Positions 1 to 9,114 of a stretch of 64,000 bases of DNA are shown here, piece by piece (position 1 is the stretch's first letter; the number at the start of each line of letters is the position of its first letter). The stretch spans positions 1 through 64,000 of the forward strand of contig JBBRPR010000024.1 in NCBI GenBank assembly GCA_038227875.1, written 5' to 3'. The stretch comes from Planctomycetota bacterium. GTDB lineage: Bacteria > Planctomycetota > SZUA-567 > H5-PLA8. The notes beneath the pieces were generated by a model that was given only the letters and a program-made list of their open reading frames with translations, had not been told where the DNA came from and ran no database searches. The translations under genes and the position numbers were made by a program.

Positions 1-116
1 CTGGATTGTAAACCGCGTCTGTCCTGTAGACAAAGCGGTCAATACGAAGCGAGCCCCTTGACGAGGCCGCGAAAGGAAGGTACGTTTCGGTTTCGGCTAC
101 GGACGTTCAACCAATT

Positions 117-458
117 TCAACAACGGATGGGACATCCGCGACAGGCAAGCGTCACTATGCAAAGGGCGATTACAGCAACGTCAATGAATAGTCCCGGCAC
201 CCAATATAATTTCATTGGCCCCGGCTCGCCCTTTTCGGCAGTGGCCCACGTTTCAACCGAGTAGAGGCGTCGAGTGCAAGCCGCAGGCCAGCCATAATAA
301 TCCGCGTTGATAATTGTATATCTCATGACATGTGCAACATATTGACATCTCGGATTGGGAACTACATTCGGCCAGATCATCAGGCCCGCTAAAAGCATCA
401 TTGCCACGGCTGTGCTGAGATGCAGTTGCCAGAATCGGCGCGTGGGCTTGTCGCTCAT
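117..458 (-). CDS. Small 2-TM membrane protein, HLST/YGWP family
   Basis: MSDKPTRRFWQLHLSTAVAMMLLAGLMIWPN...YYGWP...second hydrophobic helix. Same motifs as the two neighbouring genes. The C-terminus lacks the RRRE tail. Confidence 0.75.
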   Translation of the reverse strand: MSDKPTRRFWQLHLSTAVAMMLLAGLMIWPNVVPNPRCQYVAHVMRYTIINADYYGWPAACTRRLYSVETWATAEKGEPGPMKLYWVPGLFIDVAVIALCIVTLACRGCPIRC

Positions 459-493
459 GGCCTGCGGCCCTCGCGGCGGCGGATGTCTCTCAT
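455..493 (-). other. 12-aa minigene MRDIRRREGRRP, probably a collapsed family member
   Basis: ATG at 493-491 overlaps the upstream stop (ATGA), and its TGA at 457-455 overlaps the next ATG (ATGA). It duplicates the 3' end of the upstream gene. Confidence 0.5.
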
Positions 494-1029
494 GGTTTGC
501 GGGCCTCGCGGCGGCGGATTAATGACTCCGAAAAAAATGCGACCGCGACGACGAAGGACAATGCGATAAAGGTGTTTGCTTCAAGCCTCATCAGGTTTCT
601 CAAGAAGTCAACTATTGTCGAGCGTGGGTCTACGCTAATAAGTGGAACAGTGAATGTCAGCGGCCAGCCAAATCCTCGCACCAATGAGCTGTCCGTATTC
701 ATGCTGGCAACGCATTCGGCAGAGACGTTTGCCCCAATTAGGACTCCCGCTGCAAACATCATAATAATTACGGTTGAAAGGTGGAATCTCAGGCGGCGTT
801 TTAGCTCGCTGGCGTTTGCTGCATATCCGAACGCCCATATGAGCAGAACCAATTCCGGTACCAGCAACCATGCGCGTCGCGGATTGCTGATAAAGATGAC
901 AAACGCCGGTGGAATCAGGAACAACAAGAACGTCAGAATTGCGCAAGCCAGAAAACGAAAAACTGGACCGCATCTCAGCGCATGTGCCTGCGGTTGATTG
1001 CTCGGCGCTATAGTTCCGTCATCTTCCAT
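490..1029 (-). CDS. Membrane protein, HLST/GWP family with two extra N-terminal TM helices
   Basis: RLRFHLSTVIIMMFAAGVLIGAN...GFGWP...LIRRREARKP. Start chosen at ATG 1029, 7 nt after TAGACT. Confidence 0.75.
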   Translation of the reverse strand: MEDDGTIAPSNQPQAHALRCGPVFRFLACAILTFLLFLIPPAFVIFISNPRRAWLLVPELVLLIWAFGYAANASELKRRLRFHLSTVIIMMFAAGVLIGANVSAECVASMNTDSSLVRGFGWPLTFTVPLISVDPRSTIVDFLRNLMRLEANTFIALSFVVAVAFFSESLIRRREARKP

Positions 1030-1083
1030 CCGCCGCAGTCTACCTCCGCCCGGCCAGCAGGCCATCTATTCCCGGAGGGGACA

Positions 1084-1491
1084 TCACGGCGCGGGCGACC
1101 TGCGGGCCTCGCGGCGGCGGATGAGGAATTCATTGGTACTGAGCACTGCGACCACGATGACAACCGCGATAACCACATCATAAATCAAATTGAATGAGGT
1201 TAAGACTGTGGGAGTCAGGCGAACAGTTCCCTCTTGAAACAGGTCCCGAAGCGGATAGGTGGTGCTATAAAATGTCTTCGGCCATCCGTAATTACGGCTG
1301 CTCATCGCCAGCTGAATCAGTTCTTCGGATGCTTCGAGTCCTTCCGTTCGGAAAGATTTGAGAATGGATTCTCGTTCAGTCTGCCTTTGACAGATATTTA
1401 CGAACAGCAAAGTGCCAATTACGAACATCAACAGCACCGCTGTGCTCAGATGCAGGAACCAGAACCGGCGCTCTTTGGGCGACGTATCCAT
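1084..1491 (-). CDS. Small 2-TM membrane protein, HLST/YGWP family
   Basis: RRFWFLHLSTAVLLMFVIGTLLFVN...NYGWP...EFLIRRREARR. Confidence 0.8.
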   Translation of the reverse strand: MDTSPKERRFWFLHLSTAVLLMFVIGTLLFVNICQRQTERESILKSFRTEGLEASEELIQLAMSSRNYGWPKTFYSTTYPLRDLFQEGTVRLTPTVLTSFNLIYDVVIAVVIVVAVLSTNEFLIRRREARRSPAP

Positions 1492-1572
1492 TGGCCCCGA
1501 ATTCTATCGCCATCCTGCCCTTCGGCCATCTTTTCCCGGCATCTCGTCTTCCGCCGCATCCAGAATGCGGCC

Positions 1573-2649
1573 ATGCGCCTGTTGCCGCTCATCGTCATCG
1601 TGCTGGCTGGATCGCTCTCTGCGTCTGAGCCTGCGTCCACCTATCCGCTCTGGGACGGTCGCGAATCCGTCGCTGACTATGCGAAACGTGTCAATCTTTC
1701 GCCGACGAAAACGCTGGACCTCGGCAATGGCGTGAAGCTCGAGCTGGTGCTGATCCCGGCTGGGAAGTTCATGATGGGGACGCCGGCGCCGGAAAAACCT
1801 CTGGTCGGGCAAACGATGTCAGGACTCAGCGGCGGCATGCTGTTGATATACGCAGCGATAGGTTTGATCCGCGCGCGGCGAAGCCGCACGCGGCCTCAAT
1901 TCTCGATGGGGTCGATGCTGGTGATGACCTTTGTGGCGGCGATGGGCGTTTGGGGTGGGGTGCGCTGGAACGACGCATTGAAACATCCGGACTATTATCC
2001 CACCGAACATCCGGCGCATGCGGTCACGCTGTCCCGACCCATGTACATGGGGAAGTACCATGTAACGCAGGAGCAGTACCAAGCCGTGATCGGAACGAAT
2101 CCCAGCACATACATCGGCAAGGACAATCCTGTTGAAAATGTGTCGTGGGACGACGCGCAGGCGTTCTGCAAGAAAGTGACTGAGCAAACGGAAGCGAATG
2201 TGGGTCTGCCCACCGAAGCGGAATGGGAGTATGCGTGTCGTGCCGGAACGACGACCACATACAATTCCGGCGATGCTGAAGGCGATCTGGATGGCGTTGC
2301 GTGGTATTGCGAAAACAGTAAGGACTCAACGCATCCTGTTGGAAAAAAACAATCGAATGCCTTTGGACTATACGACATGCATGGCAACCTGTACCAATGG
2401 TGTCAGGACTGGTACCGCGACTACTACTACTCCAAATCTCCAGCAGAAAATCCTCAAGGTCCAGTTCACGGAGTCTTCCGCGTTTTGCGCGGCGGGTCTT
2501 GGCACGACGTTCCAATCGACTGTCGGTCGGCTGACCGCTACAGGGATCATCCAGACAGCCGTAACGTCTTCGTCGGTTTTCGTGTGTTGGCGCCTGCGGT
2601 CAGGAATGCCAGCGCAAGCGCAACGCGAAGTACACTCGGGACGAAATGA
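1573..2649 (+). CDS. FGE-sulfatase (SUMF1/CLec-fold) domain protein with signal peptide and internal TM hairpin
   Basis: MRLLPLIVIVLAGSLSA signal; LIPAGKFMMG, LPTEAEWEYACRAG, NAFGLYDMHGN..QW and RGGSW...RSA.R...GFRV motifs. Confidence 0.9.
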   Translation: MRLLPLIVIVLAGSLSASEPASTYPLWDGRESVADYAKRVNLSPTKTLDLGNGVKLELVLIPAGKFMMGTPAPEKPLVGQTMSGLSGGMLLIYAAIGLIRARRSRTRPQFSMGSMLVMTFVAAMGVWGGVRWNDALKHPDYYPTEHPAHAVTLSRPMYMGKYHVTQEQYQAVIGTNPSTYIGKDNPVENVSWDDAQAFCKKVTEQTEANVGLPTEAEWEYACRAGTTTTYNSGDAEGDLDGVAWYCENSKDSTHPVGKKQSNAFGLYDMHGNLYQWCQDWYRDYYYSKSPAENPQGPVHGVFRVLRGGSWHDVPIDCRSADRYRDHPDSRNVFVGFRVLAPAVRNASASATRSTLGTK

Positions 2650-3012
2650 TCTTCTTGCCCACGGCGTGCCCCGGCGCTCATCTGAGAAGGGCTTCAGATG
2701 AGTGGCACCCGTCGAAAGGGAGCAAGACGAGAGCAGAAGGAATTGAGCGAGGCCGCCCGTCATTAGATATCCCGAGATCTTAAAGGTCGACCGCGGCAGC
2801 GCGCGAATAGCGATGATATTTCGATGGGGGCGCGCACTGCTGCGAAACAACCGGATGTTGCTTCGCAAGAGAACAACATCCATCTAACGAATTTAGCCAC
2901 GCCTCTGCCGAAGTTAGACCGGGCGGGACGCCCGGACTACGAAACGGCGCGGCTTCGCGCTGAAGATGCAAACATCCTGACACGCCGGGCCGCTGGCTTT
3001 ATTTAACGGAGC

Positions 3013-5664
3013 TCAGCGCGTGATTTTGAATTCGGCGGTTTTGCCGCTGGCGACGTCGCGCAGGCGCAGCGTCCAGGGGCCGGCGCCGGGGACGAAAGTG
3101 CAGTCGATCGCGCCTTTGTACGCGCCTTTTACGAGTGGCAGATTGACGACGCTCTCGGGGACGGTTTCGTTCTGGGCGTTGAGTAGTTCGGCGTGGACGA
3201 CGTGGTCGACACGGTCGCCGTCCGCGGCGGGGCCAACGATCGAGACGTCGAGTTTCAGCGTGTTGTCGGCGATCTTGCCGTCGCCGACCGACGCCTTCAC
3301 TTCTTTGACGTCGTAGGGAAGAATGCTGAGCAGGATGGGGCGGTCCTTGGGAATCGCCAGCGTGACGTGGTCGGTTTCGCCCAGCGCGCGGCCAGCGCGC
3401 ATGTCGTAGACGAAGCCTTTCTTCGGGAGCGTGATGGTGAGCTGAGATCCCTCTTTGACGCTGCCGCCGCTGCCGGCATCGCTGAGGTCTTCCGTCTCAA
3501 TGCGCACGCTGCCGTTGGAGTGGAGGCCGACGTAGTCGGCGTTGCCTTGCGTGAAGTGGAAATTTTCGAGGCAGACCGGCTGGCCCGGCGCGTTTTTGCG
3601 CGAGACCTGGACGGCCGGCGCAATGCCGGCTTTGTTCAACAGCGCGGCGAGGACCTTGCGGATCGCGGCGGTGGTTTCGTCGGATTTCTCGGCCGAGCGC
3701 AGGCTGAGGTAATTGGGGATGTCGAAGTTGAGCGTGTAAGCGAAGCCTTTTCCGGAGGCGTTTTCGAGCAGCGCCGGGCCGGTGGCGGTGGAACCCAGCG
3801 CTTTGGCGGTGCCGGCGGCGAGTCCGGGTTCCTGAAAACCCTGCACCTGGAATGTCTCGCCCTTTTTGAACGCGCCGAAATCGTCTTCGAGCTTGACCGA
3901 CAATGCTCGGCCGAATCCGCCGACGTAGCCGCCGTGGCTTTCGTCTTCGGCCTTGGTCTCCTGTTCGAAAGAGAACTCGGCGCGCTTGAGGCCCAGCAAT
4001 GCGTCGAGCGGGCTGGCGGCGCGGAGCGTGCCGTTTTCGTCGAGGCGTCCGGCCATCAGGTCGGTGACCAGCACGCCGCCGCCGTCGACGAAGTTTTTCA
4101 GTCCGGCGATCTCGGCGTCGGAGAGCGCGATGCCGCGGGGCACGATGAAGAGCTTGATGCCGCGCTGGAGCAGTTCGCCGGTCTCCACCTGGCGGCTGGA
4201 GATGCAGGTGTACTGGCAGCCGAGGTCTTCCAGCGCCTTATAGAAACCTTCGCGGCCGTGCGCGGCGTAGTTGGCGCCGCCTTCGTACGAGCTGTAGCGG
4301 TTGATCCAGTCGTTGCCGTCGCGCAGCACTTCGAACGGCCAGTCGGCGCGCAACGATGCGTGCGAATAGAGCACGCCGATGGGTTCTTCGCGCGGCTGGG
4401 CGTGGCGCAGCAGGCAGGGAATGCCGTTGCGCGCCTCGCGGAAAACGTCGCGCAGATTGCGGCCTTTTTCGGAGAGCTTGGCGACGCCGTTTTCGACATC
4501 GAGCAGGACCATGTTCTTCGTGTCGTTGCCGTGGTAGGGCCAGATCAGGCCGCCGGCGTCGCCGTGTAACACCAGGTACCACATGCGGCGGATGCCGCCG
4601 TCGACGGAATCGTAGGGGGTGGCGGCGATGGCCGGCGAGGAGCGCGGCATGAAACTGCGCAGCAGTTCGCGCGAGCCGTTGCATTCGTAGTGTTCGATCC
4701 AGCTGAGGTTGTTGCCCATCTTCCAGTAATCGAAGCCGCCCCACGCCGACGGCATCTGCGTGCCGGAGTAGCCGACCGGCGCGGTGGGATCGAATTCGCG
4801 GATGGCGGCGGCGTAGCGCGCGACGGCCGCCTGCATGGTGTCGTCGTTGTATTCGCGGTGATCGGCCCATGGCGCGAGATTGGCGTGAGCGAGGTCTTTC
4901 TTCAGGTCGGCGAGGATTTCGTCGGAGGTTTTCGGCGTCGCTTCGTCCCAGGTTTTGTAGGTGGTCTTCCAGGTGGCGTTGAGTTTCTCCAGCGTGCCGT
5001 ACTTGGCGCGCAGCCAGAGGCGGAAGTGCTTCAAGGAAATCTCGGAGAAATCGAAATCGAACGGTCCGGCGGCGCTGATGGTGTAGGTGCCTTCGTCGCG
5101 CAAGTCGTAGCTCAACGGAAGAGCCTTGGCGCAGCGCTTGGCGACTTTGCCGGCCGAACCGCATTCGGCCAGATCGTTGGCGGGATCTTCCAGACTGGGT
5201 TTGCGGACGAGATTGGCCTTGCTGCGATCCTGCTTGAAACCTTTCAACGCCGCGGAGCCGGACTTGTTGCGCAGGTAAAGATTGTTGGTGAGGTTGGTGC
5301 AGTAGAAGGGGAATTTCGTTTCGATGTGTCCCTTGGGATCGGCCTGCGAGTAGACGAGGCCGGCGGTGACGAACATCTGCCGCAACGCGCCGTGCAGCGC
5401 GGCGGCGTCCGGCAAGCGCGAATCGCCGCCCCACATGATCGAGACGTAGTCGTACCAGTCGTCGTGATAGGGGCTGATCAGCGCGGGCGGCGATTTCCAG
5501 ACCGCGGCGCCGGTGCGTTCGTCGGGGAGCTGAAATGGAACGGGATCGGCCGGAAAGCGCGAGCCGGCGGCCGGCCATTTTGGCAGCGGTGCTTCGTCTT
5601 CGGCGACGGCGACGTGGGAACTGGCCAGCAGTGCGATCAGGGTCGCGAGCAGGATTCTGTGCAC
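3013..5664 (-). CDS. Secreted GH42-like glycoside hydrolase with beta-galactosidase trimerisation domain
   Basis: Signal peptide and AAGGAG RBS before GTG; FRLWLRAKYGTLEKLNATWKT motif; LFIVPRGIALSDAEIAGLKNFVDGGGVLV (GATase-like trimerisation domain). Confidence 0.75.
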   Translation of the reverse strand: MHRILLATLIALLASSHVAVAEDEAPLPKWPAAGSRFPADPVPFQLPDERTGAAVWKSPPALISPYHDDWYDYVSIMWGGDSRLPDAAALHGALRQMFVTAGLVYSQADPKGHIETKFPFYCTNLTNNLYLRNKSGSAALKGFKQDRSKANLVRKPSLEDPANDLAECGSAGKVAKRCAKALPLSYDLRDEGTYTISAAGPFDFDFSEISLKHFRLWLRAKYGTLEKLNATWKTTYKTWDEATPKTSDEILADLKKDLAHANLAPWADHREYNDDTMQAAVARYAAAIREFDPTAPVGYSGTQMPSAWGGFDYWKMGNNLSWIEHYECNGSRELLRSFMPRSSPAIAATPYDSVDGGIRRMWYLVLHGDAGGLIWPYHGNDTKNMVLLDVENGVAKLSEKGRNLRDVFREARNGIPCLLRHAQPREEPIGVLYSHASLRADWPFEVLRDGNDWINRYSSYEGGANYAAHGREGFYKALEDLGCQYTCISSRQVETGELLQRGIKLFIVPRGIALSDAEIAGLKNFVDGGGVLVTDLMAGRLDENGTLRAASPLDALLGLKRAEFSFEQETKAEDESHGGYVGGFGRALSVKLEDDFGAFKKGETFQVQGFQEPGLAAGTAKALGSTATGPALLENASGKGFAYTLNFDIPNYLSLRSAEKSDETTAAIRKVLAALLNKAGIAPAVQVSRKNAPGQPVCLENFHFTQGNADYVGLHSNGSVRIETEDLSDAGSGGSVKEGSQLTITLPKKGFVYDMRAGRALGETDHVTLAIPKDRPILLSILPYDVKEVKASVGDGKIADNTLKLDVSIVGPAADGDRVDHVVHAELLNAQNETVPESVVNLPLVKGAYKGAIDCTFVPGAGPWTLRLRDVASGKTAEFKITR

Positions 5665-5847
5665 GTCACGCTCCTTGGTACCGATGTGCCGCAGGTAAGG
5701 TTAGGGGCATCAAGCAGTTGTGCTATTTATGAGACACGTGTTCTGTATAGGGATACACCGGGGGGACGCAATTCGCGACCGGAAGGCGCGAGAAAATCGT
5801 TCATTCAACGGGAGAGGACTTCTGCGCGCCGTCTGGAAAGAACGCCT

Positions 5848-7320
5848 CTATTTTCCGCCATCCTTGAATGCAGCGGCATTTTTGGCCACAAAAATCAACG
5901 TCGCGGTTTCCAGTTCTTCGCACTTATAAAATTCTGACGTGAGTTTCGAAAACGGGTCCTTTGAAGAATTGACAAGGTCGCGTAACTGGCGCTGACGCAC
6001 TTGCCGATTCGGCGAAGGACCGGACGGCCCAAACAACGCGCACGCCTTGCGAAGGATTTGGGTTGCATCGTCGACACCCATCGCCGTCAATCCTTCCAGG
6101 GCAGTGGCCGAAGTGTCGCCGGAACTGTTGAAGAAATATTGATCCAGACCGCCATTGTTCACTTCGTCGATGTAGTCGCGTACCGCCGCAAACTGACGGA
6201 CAACGGGCGGCACGGAGGCGATTCCATTTTTCTCGATCAACGTGTAAGCAACTGTGGTCGGGTCTGGGAGTCCTTTGGCGATGCAAAGTGCTTCCGCGGC
6301 GTCAGAGCGAACGGATTGGGACTTCAATTTCAAGGCATCGTTCGCGAGTTCTTCTGTGCCGGGGTAATGGGCATCGGCGAGCGCGATCAGAGCTTGGCCA
6401 TAAGCACCGGATTCAACAGGGTTGGTTTCGGCAGTGCGTTTCAGGTCGGGAATCATGTCCACGATCATCGTGGACGGAACTGCGACCTGGGCTCGATTGA
6501 GAGCCACGAGCAAGGTATTGAGTTGAGAATTGCTCGAATTCAGATTCTCTGCGTTGACCAGTAGCTGCGTTGCTTTTTTAGCATCGATCGTGAAGAGCAA
6601 GTCAAAGCAATCCGCGCCCTTTTCCTTTCTCTGGCTCAGTTTCAGGAGCACGTCAAACAACGCCGTGCAGAGTGGCGACGATGACGTTGGTTTGGAAAAA
6701 CCAAAGGAAAGCGTCAGGTCGCTCAGGACACGGGAGCGGACTTCGGCATCGGAACCTTCCAAGGCCTGTTTGATTGGTTCAACACATTCCACCGAGCCGA
6801 TTTTGCAGAGGCAGGCCAGCGCTGCTTCTTGAATTTTCTTTTCAGAATCGTGCGTTAGAGGCAAGAGCAGCGGCACAGCTTTTTGCTCTTTGATCGATCC
6901 CAATATTTCCATCATGGAGGCCATTGGAATCTGCTCGTATCCGGGAAGTTCCTTGGAGGACACCGGGTGCCGGGCTCGTGCGTCGGCCAGCCCTTTAAGA
7001 AGCACAGGACTGGCGCGAGATCCTTGCGCACGGAGGCGCGCGACATTGCGCTGATAATCCTGGCCGCTCAGCAAGCCTTCCAAGGCGCTGTTGATACCGG
7101 CATCATCGAGCGGTGCCTGATCCGCCTGATTCGTGCGTTGCATGGCCTCCAGTTGCGCCTCGGCGCCTTCGGGATCGTCGATGAGATCCCGCATGGTTGG
7201 GCCCCACGGCTGGCGCGGAGGAGGTGGCGTCTTCGAGTGATTGCCCATACGGGCGTAAAGACCGAGGCCGATCATCAAAACAAGCATGAGATGAAACAGG
7301 CCGGAACGGTTCGATTTCAT
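5848..7320 (-). CDS. Membrane-anchored HEAT-repeat protein with C-terminal DUF4375/DMP19 domain
   Basis: N-terminal TM; HEAT-like units (VRSDAAEAL); EVNNGGLDQYFFNSSGD signature. Confidence 0.8.
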   Translation of the reverse strand: MKSNRSGLFHLMLVLMIGLGLYARMGNHSKTPPPPRQPWGPTMRDLIDDPEGAEAQLEAMQRTNQADQAPLDDAGINSALEGLLSGQDYQRNVARLRAQGSRASPVLLKGLADARARHPVSSKELPGYEQIPMASMMEILGSIKEQKAVPLLLPLTHDSEKKIQEAALACLCKIGSVECVEPIKQALEGSDAEVRSRVLSDLTLSFGFSKPTSSSPLCTALFDVLLKLSQRKEKGADCFDLLFTIDAKKATQLLVNAENLNSSNSQLNTLLVALNRAQVAVPSTMIVDMIPDLKRTAETNPVESGAYGQALIALADAHYPGTEELANDALKLKSQSVRSDAAEALCIAKGLPDPTTVAYTLIEKNGIASVPPVVRQFAAVRDYIDEVNNGGLDQYFFNSSGDTSATALEGLTAMGVDDATQILRKACALFGPSGPSPNRQVRQRQLRDLVNSSKDPFSKLTSEFYKCEELETATLIFVAKNAAAFKDGGK

Positions 7321-7399
7321 TTAAGCAAGTAATAACGGTGCAGACTTTTAGCGCAAAGTCGAAATTCGAGGTCGCCGTGAATGACCTGCGATGCCGTAG

Positions 7400-7912
7400 C
7401 TAATGGTGCTCGTTCAAGCGTCGATTCGCGCGACTTGCAACCGTCTCACTGGGATCGTGGGAGAGGAATTCGAGCACGTCGGTTCTACTAGTCTTGCGGG
7501 CGATCCACTCTCGAATATGACGTGGGGAGTGAAGCGGTGAGAGCAGCGATCCCAAAATGTCCACGCTAGCTTCTGGATTTGCCACGAGCGCCTCGAGGTA
7601 TCCGCGCGGATAGAACGCGTGTGGCACGATCTGCGGAAGTGCGGACGGAGCGTAGGCAGCAATCCGCTTCAATAACGGCGATGGAAGTTTTGCATTCTTC
7701 AGCAGCGCGATCGCCATTCTGAAATCATCTTCGTGAGCTAGCGCACCGGGAGCAAGAAGCTCGAGTATGGCTGCTGGCGTGTTCGGGTGTTCCGCCACGG
7801 CTTCTCGAACAAAGATGTGAGTCGACCGGCTCAAGCGCGCCAATTCGGCTGCGTCTGTCTGTGGCGCTTGAGCGCGGTCAAGGCACTCTCGCGGGTCCCA
7901 CGTTTCGTTCAT
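7400..7912 (-). CDS. Leucine-rich-variant/HEAT-like repeat protein
   Basis: VREAVAEHPNTPAAILELLA and LSHDPSETVASRA repeats; directly follows the aldo/keto reductase gene. Confidence 0.7.
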   Translation of the reverse strand: MNETWDPRECLDRAQAPQTDAAELARLSRSTHIFVREAVAEHPNTPAAILELLAPGALAHEDDFRMAIALLKNAKLPSPLLKRIAAYAPSALPQIVPHAFYPRGYLEALVANPEASVDILGSLLSPLHSPRHIREWIARKTSRTDVLEFLSHDPSETVASRANRRLNEHH

Positions 7913-7918
7913 TGCCGA

Positions 7919-8959
7919 TTACGCTTTCCGTCCGTCAAGGATCGCATCGATGCGCTGCAGTTCTTCCGGGGAGAATCCGCCACGGGAGAGGCAGGCGGCG
8001 TTTTCGGTGATCTGCGACGGGCGGGACGCGCCGATCAGCGCGGAAGTCAGGTTGCCGCGCAGCGCCCAGGCCAGGGACATCTGGGCCAGCGACTGGCCGC
8101 GTTCTTGAGCCAGCGCGTGCAGCGTGCGCACTTTCTCCAGCACCGCCGGCTGCAATTGTTCTTCGCGCAGGGCGCCTTTCTCCTGGCGCACGCGGGAATC
8201 GGCGGGGACGGCGCCGAGGTATTTGGACGTCAGCAGCCCCTGCGCCAGCGGACAGTAGGCGATGGTGCCCATCCCGTGCTGTTCGCAGGCGGGAAAGACG
8301 TCGCGTTCGGGGTTGCGCCGCAGCAGCGAATAATTCGGCTGGTGGATGATCGGCTGGACCCAGCCGTGAGACTGGCAGATGCGCACGACTTCGGTGGTGT
8401 GCAGGCCGTCGTACGCGCTGATGCCGGCGTAGAGTGCTTTGCCGCTGCGCACGGCGGTATCAAGCGCGAACAGGGTTTCTTCCAGCGGCGTATGGGGATC
8501 GAAGCGGTGCGAGTAGAAAATGTCGACGTACTCCAGGCCCAGCCGGCGCAGCGACTGATCGAGCGAGGCGAGCACGTGTTTGCGCGAGCCCCAGTCGCCG
8601 TAGGGCCCCGGCCACATCGTCCAACCGGCCTTGGTGGAGATGATCAGTTCGTCGCGGTACGCAGCCAGATCCTCGCGCAGGATACGGCCGACGCGCGATT
8701 CCGCGGCGCCGAAAGGCGGGCCATAGGTATTGGCGAGATCGAAATGGGTGATGCCCAGGTCGAAAGCGGTGAAGAGCATCTGGCGGCAATTTTCATGCTG
8801 CGCCGCTTCATCGCGATGAAGACCGGCGTCGGACCCGGCCTCGCCAAAGTTATGCCAGCATCCCAGCGAGACGGCCGGCAGCTGCAAGCCCGAGCGTCCG
8901 CAGCGCCGGAACCAGTTCGCGCCCGTGGTGTAGCGTCCCGCCTTGGCCGTGTAGGGCAT
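7919..8959 (-). CDS. Aldo/keto reductase, YghZ/L-glyceraldehyde-3-phosphate reductase-like
   Basis: RRCGRSGLQLPAVSLGCWHNFG, GITHFDLANTYGPP, RDELIISTKAG, YVDIFYSHRFDP; GGAG RBS before ATG 8959. Confidence 0.9.
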   Translation of the reverse strand: MPYTAKAGRYTTGANWFRRCGRSGLQLPAVSLGCWHNFGEAGSDAGLHRDEAAQHENCRQMLFTAFDLGITHFDLANTYGPPFGAAESRVGRILREDLAAYRDELIISTKAGWTMWPGPYGDWGSRKHVLASLDQSLRRLGLEYVDIFYSHRFDPHTPLEETLFALDTAVRSGKALYAGISAYDGLHTTEVVRICQSHGWVQPIIHQPNYSLLRRNPERDVFPACEQHGMGTIAYCPLAQGLLTSKYLGAVPADSRVRQEKGALREEQLQPAVLEKVRTLHALAQERGQSLAQMSLAWALRGNLTSALIGASRPSQITENAACLSRGGFSPEELQRIDAILDGRKA

Positions 8960-9114
8960 CGTCTTGTTCTCCTGAAGGTGGCAGATGCCCGATGCTACCA
9001 CCGGCCGGGAGATGTCCAGTTGCGGCCGGTTGAAATGCGATTGTTACAGAATTACGCGAAATTCCTGTAACATTCCCGTCGCTGCGGATGAGTACCCAAT
9101 GAGAAGGGGAATGG

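Noticed and set aside
1234..1572. Extended N-terminus of the FGE ORF as given in the track (likewise 17464-18069 for the large surface protein)
   Set aside because: These extensions overlap opposite-strand genes, and the signal peptides begin at 1573 and 18070.
2650..3012. Small ORFs between the FGE and GH42 genes
   Set aside because: No recognisable motif, RBS or consistent codon bias.
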